Program-made: the position numbers and the translations under genes
NCBI GenBank assembly: GCA_040954595.2
Contig: CM082576.2
Coordinates: 854,648-918,647, forward strand
Origin: Balanoglossus misakiensis
Taxonomy: Eukaryota; Animalia; Hemichordata
Direction of reading: 5' to 3'
DNA: 64,000 nucleotides
Notes under the pieces: model-generated
Databases searched by the model: none
The model's input: the letters and a program-made list of their open reading frames with translations, nothing else
Told to the model about the DNA's origin: nothing
In this document: positions 55,196-64,000 of the stretch, piece after piece
Numbering within the stretch: the first letter of the stretch is position 1
Layout of the letters: each line of letters opens with the position of its first letter

Positions 55196-57872
55196 TTTTA
55201 TATCCTTGTCTTTTCAGGCATTTGCTAGTTAATCCACGTGACAGAAGGGTAGTGATATGTGAATCAGTCCTCTGTCCAACCCTATTCAGAGAGACTTTAG
55301 CTCAAGTACTTTTCAAGCACTATGAGGTAAGTTAAAGACAATCAAAGGTACCTGATTGACTCTCCCTGTAAATAAATGAAATTTCCCTTTCTATTAATTG
55401 ACATAATTTTGATGTCTTTTTCTGCAGGTACCATCAGTTCTGTTTGCACCAACTCATTTGGTGACACTGTTTACACTTGGCATCAGCACTGCTCTTGTCA
55501 TGGATTCTGGTTTTACAGAGACTCTAGTTCTTCCAATATCCTTTCATCCATTCACTGATTGTTACACACAATGAACACATTGAACTTATAAGTTCAAGTT
55601 TACAGCAAGAATTGTTCTCTTATAATTTGATTTTTAGATACTGTGGTTGTCAGTTGAATGTGTCTGCAAAGACATTATAAAAACAGTAATGATAATGGAT
55701 CTGACAAGCATCATATCAAAGGCTTGATTATTATGTTGTTGTATCATATTTATCTTAACTTGATGAACGTTTATGAAGGGATTCCAATCATCAAGGGATG
55801 GCAAGCTTTACCATTGGCCGCAAAAGCTGTTCACTGGTGAGAAGGGTGACTTTAATATTCAGCTTCATTGTTGAAATTTAAGTTACAAAATCTTTAATAA
55901 ATAATTTTGTTCTATTGATATCTGTGTTGAAGCTGACACTGAGGATTGATGGGTAAAAATGTTTTGCATGTGAGCTCTTTATTCTTGTTGTTGTTTGTGG
56001 CTAGATTAATAAAATTTAATCGTCATGGTTTTTGTGCAAGATCCTCTAAGCAATTGTACTTGCAAATGCTATAAACTAACTGGTATTTTGTATATTTCAG
56101 TAATTTGGAAGCTTTGCTTCTTGAGACAGGAACAGTGACTACCCAATCAGCAGGCCAAAGACCTTTATCATCCATCATGAGTAAGGTACCGGAGCACATA
56201 TTAGAAGACATCAAAGGTACATTTTCATAAAACCAAACAAAGTTTCACTCAACTACAGCTCATTCAGCTTGACTTTTGATTTCTAGACTGGATCCTGACT
56301 TCTGACATGCATTTGCTGTTCTCATTAAAGACGCATGTTTCTTGATGTGGACATTTCTAGACCAGAACTGTTTATTGGGAAACAAAGGTTCGGCTGTACG
56401 TAGCACATGCCCTTTTAAAATCTGTGTACAGAATTCAACTATCCAATGGCTGTGATACATTTGTACAATGTATGTTTTGTATTCATAACTACTCACGTTT
56501 TTTGTTCCAGTGAGAACTTGTTTTGTGCCTGAACATGCTAAAGCGAAGATGATTCATGAAAGCAATGTATATGGAGAGTCAAATAAGGTAATGACATCAT
56601 ACTGAGTCAAGAAAGATATTTTAGATTCTAAATCACACCATGATTTCAAACTCTGTGTTTATGAAAAAGAAAACTAAGCTAAATTATTTTCTGTCATTCA
56701 GAGACCAACACCTCCTCCCTCAGTGCAGTACCCACTAGAAGGTGACAAGATACTGCACATTGATGGGAAAATTAGAGAAATTAGCGCTGAAGTCTTGTTT
56801 GATTTAGACAACGAAGAACAATCCATTGCTACATTAATCTTAGATGCTATTCTAAAGGTAAGTTGTTGACCACAGCAATATCAGTTGTGCAGCAGCCTTT
56901 GGCAAAGATGTCAGTCCTGAAATAATCAATTGTATGAGGCAAACTGAATAAAATCCATCAGATTGTAGAATGATTTTGTTTCCTGAAAAAGTTTTATGAT
57001 GTAGTAAAATATTCACAAGGTGTAAAAATAAAAATAAATACAGCTACCGTAATGAAATGTTTTGAAAAAATGCCACATAGTCAGAGGAAACTTAAGGTCC
57101 AACTTTTGTCAGAACTACCACAGACACATTGAGAGAAGTTGTTAAGAATAACTGTTTGTGTTGAATTTCAGTGCCCGTTAGATATGAGGAGGGAACTTGG
57201 TTCCAACGTAGTGTGTATTGGAGGAACTAGTTTGTTGCCAGGCTTCAGACAGAGACTCAAAGCTGAGATCCTAGATCTGTTGAACAGACCGAAGTACAAG
57301 AAAGATCTACCTATAGCAACCATCAAGTTTCACAATCCCCCATCTGTTGCCAACTACACTGCCTGGTTTGGAGGTAAGATCTCTCTCAGATTTCTTTGAA
57401 ACTAAATTTACCATTGTGACATTGTAAAAGATGCTGCACAGAAGACAATGTTTGTGGTTTAGGAGCAGTTACACCAGCATTCTTGATAGAGAGCATTTAT
57501 TCTTGCATTTGAGCATGAGCTCAAAAATAGATTACCGGTAATGTGAATCCATTGCATCCTGTGTGAATCTTCTATACCATTGAAACCAAATCATCATGGT
57601 AAAAAGGGTAAATTACTATTGGGTGCAGATTTGTGGTATTCTGTTGGTTATTTGAGCTTTCTACTTTTATTTACTGTTTTTCAGGTGCAATATTTGGTGC
57701 TTTGGAAATCCTGGCACACAGATCGGTCTCCAGAGAAGCTTTCTTGAAGAATGGCCGGGTACCAGATTGGTCCTCCTTAGAAGATTTCTCTCAGGAATCA
57801 GAAGTCGTTCCAAAAGAGAAAACACCTCTTCCTTTCTCCGCACTAACGAGGCAACTCACAAAAGACAAATAG
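54255..57872 (+). CDS. ACTR10: Actin-related protein 10 (Arp11, dynactin pointed-end subunit), 418 aa
   Basis: 10 exons, 1257 nt: 54255-54331, 54824-54979, 55218-55326, 55428-55535, 55769-55836, 56101-56216, 56511-56587, 56702-56857, 57172-57373, 57685-57872. Motifs: [46 protein letters not shown]|[27 protein letters not shown]. An in-frame upstream ATG at 54243 is also possible. Confidence 0.96.
54579..54664. repeat. Near-perfect inverted repeat (32-bp arms, 22-nt loop) in ACTR10 intron 1
   Basis: agtagcttgaggttttgcattggtttgtgtgt (54579-54610) versus acacacaaaccaaggcaaaacctcaagctact (54633-54664): 31/32 complementary. Confidence 0.9.
55108..55195. repeat. (ATC)n microsatellite in ACTR10 intron 2
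   Basis: About 28 ATC units with one AATG interruption near 55135. Confidence 0.95.
55536..55768 (+). other. U12-type (minor spliceosome) AT-AC intron, ACTR10 intron 4
   Basis: 5' splice site ATATCCTTT, branch point TATCTTAAC 55751-55759, 3' end AC at 55767-55768. Removal joins LVLP to VYEGIP in frame. Confidence 0.93.
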
Positions 57873-58294
57873 CTCATTTGCATTTCTGTCAAATATTAGA
57901 ATTAGAAAGTCATGTTTCTCTTAGGTAGTAGAGCTCAGAGAATTCAAATGATTCTATATTAGGAAATCATGTAATTTTGACATGTTGACAATGGTGTATC
58001 TACAGAATAATTTGAAACTCTGACTGAAATCAAAATAGAATGATGCTTTTTTCACATATGTATACATGTATGTATTTCATTTGGTAAATTATTAGGTTTA
58101 TGGTGTTATGTTGACAACTTTTAACTTTTTGTACATTTTTTCATTTATTTTGCTCAGCGTATTTATTTCAAAACTTTTATCTTCATCATGTCAAGCGATT
58201 GTCTCCTGATTATGTTTCTGCCATCATCTGCGTTATCCCTGCAATGCTCCTTTTCAAGTGGTTTGGTTTTTATCACGAAATCAGCTTCATCATG

Positions 58295-58300
58295 AATAAA
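58295..58300 (+). terminator. ACTR10 poly(A) signal
   Basis: AATAAA about 420 nt after the stop codon. Confidence 0.5.
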
Positions 58301-58581
58301 AAATATTACCACCTGTACTGTTCAGACTTCTGATTACTTTATACCTTATATAGTGTCGTAAAATTACTATCACATGGGTGCATAATTTTTTGTTCTGATG
58401 CCCACAAAAAGAGCATATCATCAGCTAATAGTTTTCTAAATTGATTTGGTAGCAGTTCAACTGTTACTTGGAAATTAAAAATTTATGCTCACTGATATTA
58501 TAATAAAAAACAGATTCCAAGTAAAATAGACCTATTTCATCTGGTACTGTACCATTAAAGTGAATAGTTATCTTGTGTTGC

Positions 58582-58589
58582 AAAAAAAA
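58582..58589 (-). terminator. Pol III terminator (T8) of tRNA-Tyr
   Basis: A8 on + strand, 11 nt past the tRNA discriminator base. Confidence 0.8.
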
Positions 58590-58600
58590 CTCCACCGATT

Positions 58601-58690
58601 TCCTTCGGACCGGATTCGAACCAGTGACCTATGGATGACAATGCTGACAGCCTCTACAGTCCACCGCTCTACCAACTGAGCTACCGAAGG
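58601..58690 (-). tRNA. tRNA-Tyr(GTA) with a 17-nt intron (58653-58637)
   Basis: CCTTCGG TA GCTC AGTTGGTA GAGC G GTGGA CT GTA G [aggctgtcagcattgtc] A TCCAT AGGTC ACTGG TTCGAAT CCGGT CCGAAGG A. All four stems pair, A and B boxes are intact, and the intron is at the canonical 37/38 position. Confidence 0.96.
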
Positions 58691-58894
58691 TGGTTGGCTA
58701 GGTGGACGAGAATTTGATAGCACATAAATTAAGGAAAGAATTTATGTTATTATCCTTTCTCTTTATATTACACATTATCAGCGAATTATGCACATTCTTA
58801 TTAGCAGTGATGTTTTAAAAACGACCAAGTCATAAAATCTCTATTTTGTCATACTTCTGTTGTAGTTCGGGGGGCCGGGGGTTGAGACATCGTT

Positions 58895-58912
58895 TTCCCA
58901 GAATGCAAAGCG
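58895..58912 (+). promoter_or_regulatory. ZNF143/Staf binding site
   Basis: TTCCCAGAATGCAAAGCG versus consensus TTCCCANAATGCAYYGCG. An ACTACAA motif is on the - strand at 58860-58866, and YY1-like CAACATGGCGG overlaps the ATG. Confidence 0.55.
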
Positions 58913-58925
58913 CTGCACATTCAAC

Positions 58926-61900
58926 ATGGCGGAACAACAGCAAGTGAACGCTGTGGAAGAAGGCGCGGATTCTTTAGCTGAGCAAGGTAATTTTGAAACC
59001 ATTGTTACTAGCCAGACCGGAAAACCAGAGGGTGAAAGTGATGCCGATATAGTATCAATGGCTTTTGCAGACATCGATGAAAATACCGAGTACCTTCAGA
59101 CAGTTTCCTCCGATAGCAACTTGGCGACAGTTGTGGACAACGTGACGCTACAGTCGAGTCCAAGTCCAGATCCAGCTCCTTCGGAAACTACAGTTGGCAC
59201 AACTGCAGATGTTTCATCTGCGGAGGTTGTGGATGCGGTTCAACAAGATGTTGCGATACCCCAGACAGTTCCAAGCTCCGAAGCCATCAGCGTAAGCACA
59301 CTAGGAAATGGCAACACAAGCCCACCAGTTTCTCTACCAGCGAGTATGTTGTTGGGGACCATTGCCAATTTGATAGACACAACTGCTGGAGCTACAACGT
59401 CAACAATGACTATAAGCGAACTTCAGAATAATCCAGCTCTTATGAATATCTTGAACAGTGCTGAAGTGCAGGCTGCAATACAAAACCATCAACATATTAC
59501 TATTGTACAGGTGCCAGATAGATCCATTATTGGTGAACTAAATGGGGACAAAAATGTCACCCATGTAAGTTTGCCTGCACTAGCACCAATATCTTCAACG
59601 GGGTTAGGCACGACCACGGTAGCCAAAATGCCGTCTGCTACAGTTGTAACTGCAGGTGTTAAAAACACACCTGCAGTTGCAACAACACTTGCAAAAGTTA
59701 CAAGCACAGGAAACTCTGTAACAAAACATGCGAAAGCGGACAAACAAAAAACACCAAAATCTGACGAGAAGAAAAAGCCACACAGAGCAATCACCAGGTC
59801 TGGTCGCATCTCAAAGCCACCTTCATATAGGGTACGAGACTACAAAACCCTGAGGACTGGTGCTTTGAATGTTGCTGCAGACACAGATGATGACTACTCT
59901 GATTACACACCAGATGAGGATGAGGAAGAAGATGGTGACAGATCAGAAAACTTCAAATATCCTTTTGGTTCAGACAGGTCAAAGAAATTCAAGTGTGAAA
60001 AGTGTGACAAATCCTACATAGGAAGGGCTGGATTGTCCAGACACTATAGACTCAATTCAACCCATGGAAACGCAGATGATATTCCAGAAGCACCAGAGCC
60101 ACCAAAACCAAGGTGTGATATGGCTAGAGATTTCTTTGAAATAAGGCATGATTCCAGTTCTGTTACTTCAAATAGGATGACATCAAATGCAATATGCATT
60201 ATTTTTTTGAAGAAACACAACTGGAGTCAAGCTCAGACTTTTTTAAGACAGTTGCATCATTAATGCACAAGCAAAACTCTAACTTATTATCCATTTGTAG
60301 CATACATCTTACAGTGTTCTCCCCAGGAATTTCTGATGTAGTGTTGGCTAATCTGCATAACAATGCTCAGTCCATATTTCTACATTTATAATGCCTTCGT
60401 TGTTCATACTCCAATCCCAATCTTAATTCCTTTCTGTTTTATTTTCTGATGAAGTGAAAACAAGCCATCTGGAAGGAGGCCAGGTCGTCCTCCGCGAGCA
60501 CTGAACAATCCAGCCAGTAATGCCAAGGCATCAGGTACACCGGGCAAGACTGCTTCACCTTTGCCACCGTTGTCAAAACCTGCTGCATCCAGTAGTGCAG
60601 CTGCTGCAGCAGGAGTCTCAATACTAGATCAGACTGAGACGCCAAGTGATGTTAAAGTAGTATATCACCCTCAGTCACTTCTCAAGAGAAAACATAGAAT
60701 AAGAGAGGTGGGTAAAAATGATAAATGGATTTAATTGTGTGACCTCAAATACCTAAATAAAATAAAAAGGATGTTGCTGGTGTTTGCTGAATTCTCAAGC
60801 AAGTACTGTATAATGTGTGTCCGTTTTTGTCCACCAGCTTTTGAAGACAGTGGGAGATGAAGATATTTTAGAATTGGTCCTTCCCAAATTGTCCAAACTG
60901 GTGACTGTGTGGGAATTCCTGCTAATGAAGGTAGAAAAGGGCAGGCCTTCACGACCACACTTCCCAGATGTCTACCGAGAACTTGGCAAGGTATTGACTG
61001 AGGTGAAAAAGATGGCCAGTGAGTGTTTGGAACCAGATGATGGAGCAGACGACAGTACCAGTGAGAACAATGAGGACAAACCAACACAGACATTTGATAT
61101 TCAAGATGATGCAATGGCACATGCACTTGGGATTTCCAAAGGATCTTATAAAGTGAAAGACAGTCCAGTACCAGAGTATGAATTCAAATATAAGTTGCTT
61201 GTGACTGATCCCTCCGATGCTGAACGTGCGCCAAAGGAAAAGAGGATCATAGAAGTAGTGTCCCAGGATGAACTTGTTGATCAGTCACCAACAAAAAAGA
61301 GAAAAGTGGATCAAGCTCAGCAATCAAGTCCACAAGTAAGTACTTTTCTTTGATATTCACTATCTCTTTGGAATGAAGTCCTTATATACATTTGTATTGG
61401 GTTCTATGTGTGCTGTCTCTTTCCATTCCGTAGAAATAACACAAACAAATAACACTGTACACACGGTAAAATTTTGACTGTTGAATAAGTTTGCTCATCA
61501 CAAAACAAACATTGATGTGTCATAACCTTCACTTTACTTTTACTCACAGAGTACTCAGAAAAATGTAGAACAGACTGTGCCTCCTGCAGTGAATCACGCA
61601 CAGTCACCACCAGTCATGAATGCCATTCCATCTCGACCTCAAACATCTGCTGCTAGTAACAGTGGATCATCTAATCAACAAGTAAGTGAAAAGTCAACGC
61701 TTTTGTGGAACTCAGTTTCAGTTTTAAATATATGTTATGTAGAACAACCGCTGTCGATAAATCCATTATCACAAAACTCTAGTATATTTTGTATGGTCTG
61801 CTGTGCTAAGAAGTTCTTGTTCCCTGTTAAAGCCAGTATTATTTCTAATCCAGTATGGAAGTTCAGTTTATGTGAAACCGCTAAGTACACCAGAAGCCAG

Positions 61901-63091
61901 GGCAAAATAACAACATAAATATTTCAGCAATGTCAACAGGTTTAATGTTACCAAATATATTTTAGTGCTTTGACCACCAAGTGCATGTAACACAAATTCT
62001 ACACATATCGTAAATAACAGAGTAGTACAATGCAGCATTCACAAACCTGAGACTATTGATGTCCCACATTGCTATGTACATGTATTCTGCATTTATTTGA
62101 TCCACAGATTCGCAAGATGCCACCCTTGGCAAGCATTGCAAACAGGTCAAGCATGCATAGACCAATCAAGCCAGCCATTGCAACATCAACTGTGAGCAAG
62201 CCAACTGTGAACTCTTCTGTTTCTAGTTCAGTGCCCTCTAGTGGCAGTGTTGTCCAGAGACGTATTTTGACCCTTCCTCCAGGATTCAACATAACCAAGA
62301 CATCTGATGGCTATGCTATTCACAAACCAGATGGTACAACAATACAGGTTACAGGTGGAGAAGGCGGCATTCCTCTTGAAACACTGCAGGCTTTGATCAA
62401 TATGGACACCAGTATATTTCAAAGTGTGTCAAGTTCAACACCAGCAGCCCCAGAATCTAATACTTTGCAGTCAGCCACTTCCCCGACAGATCAGCAAATA
62501 GCAAGGACTGCAGAATCTGCTGTAGCAGCAGTTTCTGAGGCGTCTGTTGCTGCAGAAACAGAAAGCCAAACTGAACAGATTGCGATGGAAACAGTCAGTC
62601 AGACAGAACAGATCGCGATGGAAACAGTCAGTCAGACAGAACAGATCGCGATGGAAACAGTCAGTGAAACAGAACAGATTACTATGGAAACAGACAGTCA
62701 AACAGGGCATGTTGCCATAGAAACAGACAGTCAGACAGAGCAGGTTGCCATAGAAACAGATAGACAAGTTTCCATGGAAACGGGTAGCCAAATAGAACAA
62801 GTCTCCATGGAGACAGATGGCCACACAGAACAAGCAATGAATGAAACAGTGTTCACTGAGAGTGTGTCGCAAACAGAAGCTACTCAAGAAGCATCAAACG
62901 TCAAATCTGAAATTGAGGAGAGTTCATTTCCCGTGGAATCAATAGCCCAGGAAGTTGTGCAGTCAACAACGAACATGTGCACTGAAACGTCCACTACAAC
63001 AATTGGGAATGAGGGTCAAATCTTGACCAATGGAAATTCTGTTAGCCATTCAAGTGGTGTGGAAAATACCATTGTGAATAACATAGGTTAA
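58926..63091 (+). CDS. ZNF839: ZNF839-like protein (single atypical C2H2 finger, AT-hook-like motif, conserved helical domain), 1017 aa
   Basis: 5 exons, 3054 nt: 58926-60112, 60455-60707, 60838-61335, 61550-61681, 62108-63091. Motifs: TRSGRISKPPSYRVRDYK, FKCEKCDKSYIGRAGLSRHYRLNSTHG, RRPGRPPR, LELVLPKLSKLVTVWEFLLMKVEKG. The rest is low-complexity S/T/E-rich sequence. Confidence 0.85.
62546..62830 (+). repeat. 33-bp coding tandem repeat (SQTEQ[IV]AMET[VD]); each unit contains an RFX X-box-like palindrome
   Basis: 14-mer cores start at 62546, 62579, 62612, 62645, 62678, 62711, 62744, 62768 and 62801. Confidence 0.9.
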
Positions 63092-64000
63092 TGAATCAGC
63101 ACTGCATGATGTTTTGTTGTCAACAACACCACAGTGTTACTCAAGTATGTTATTACTAGCCGTGCTCATTTTAAGAAAATTCACTTGTTAATGCTCTTGT
63201 ATGAATTTCTGTGAGCACAGCAGATAGTCAGTGAAGACTTAACCTCAGAGTTGTGTTGAGAACTGAAATGCGCTCCAAGTTGGACACTTCATAGAAGATG
63301 GTATCCGAAAAATGATGGAGGCCAGAATGGTAAAAATAGGGCAAGAGATGTGTTTTCTCAGAGGGCACATTTCTAAGTGAGGTTTTTTTTTCACCAACAG
63401 CCAAAATTCATAAGACATAGATACCACTGTTGCATTTTCTGTTGTACAATCAGTCTGGTCTTGTAATACAGTGCACACACACATGGCAAACACCACTCCC
63501 TGAAAGTTGATAAAAGCACAAGTTGAATTCCAGAGACAGAGGATGTGTCATATGAAAGTATGCCTATCTATGTCACTCTTGGGGATGTTTTGGCATTCAT
63601 TGGCAACTCTTCTATGAAGATTTCGGCCGTCTTTCTGTGTTTTACAGTTGCAGTTATAACAAAGGGGCATTTCTGTTGAATTTTAAAGCATAGTGTGTAA
63701 AATGTTTGTTGGTTGAAATCATTTTGAATCAACATTTCCAAGATCCCAATTATTTTATGTTAATGTAGATATATGTATTATAGCAATGAGAAAAACTTAC
63801 AAGACACACAAAGTTTGCTTCAAGATCATACATGATTCTATATTATATAATTTCTTACCTTATTTCTCTGAAACTGGTGTATATAAAAGTACGAAGTAAA
63901 AGCTTTGTAGACTGGGGACTAAGTTACATATTACACCATGCATTCGATAGAGTTACAGAGAGTTAGTTATTTGTTCTGTTTCAATTTTTCATAGATAAAG

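Noticed and set aside
54988-55335. Poly-Met/Asp and poly-Ile/His ORFs
   Set aside because: Translations of the intronic (ATC)n microsatellite; only 55218-55326 is real ACTR10 exon.
60113-60263. C-terminal 50 aa of the 445-aa ORF
   Set aside because: Read-through into ZNF839 intron 1; splicing 60112^60455 restores the frame into the conserved downstream domain.
62546-62830. Regularly spaced palindromic repeats resembling a CRISPR array
   Set aside because: Spacers are homologous to each other, the unit is an in-frame coding repeat, the context is eukaryotic, and there are no cas genes.
62471-62887. Cys-rich repetitive antisense ORF (CFHRDLFCLTD)n
   Set aside because: Shadow of the 33-bp ZNF839 repeat on the opposite strand.

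Overview
AT-rich, intron-dense animal genomic DNA, most likely an invertebrate bilaterian (taxon not determinable from sequence alone). I reconstructed five spliced protein-coding genes exon by exon with consistent intron phases, plus one tRNA. In order: a 5'-truncated MAP4K3/MAP4K5 kinase (+, 23 exons in window); CDKL1/4 'KKIALRE' kinase (+, 9 exons, 358 aa); a CIROP/LMLN2-like M8 metallopeptidase with an extra SEA-like module and TM helix (-, 17 coding exons, 718 aa); ACTR10 (+, 10 exons, 418 aa, with one U12 AT-AC intron), head-to-head with CIROP; an intron-containing tRNA-Tyr(GTA) (-); and ZNF839-like (+, 5 exons, 1017 aa). The most striking unexplained signal is a 33-bp tandem repeat in the last ZNF839 coding exon in which each unit carries an RFX X-box-like palindrome. 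Further X-boxes and four full CREs lie around the CDKL gene, suggesting an RFX/cilia-related regulatory neighbourhood. The MAP4K->CDKL tandem order matches both human paralogous pairs. Homology statements come from my recall of the families, not from database searches.
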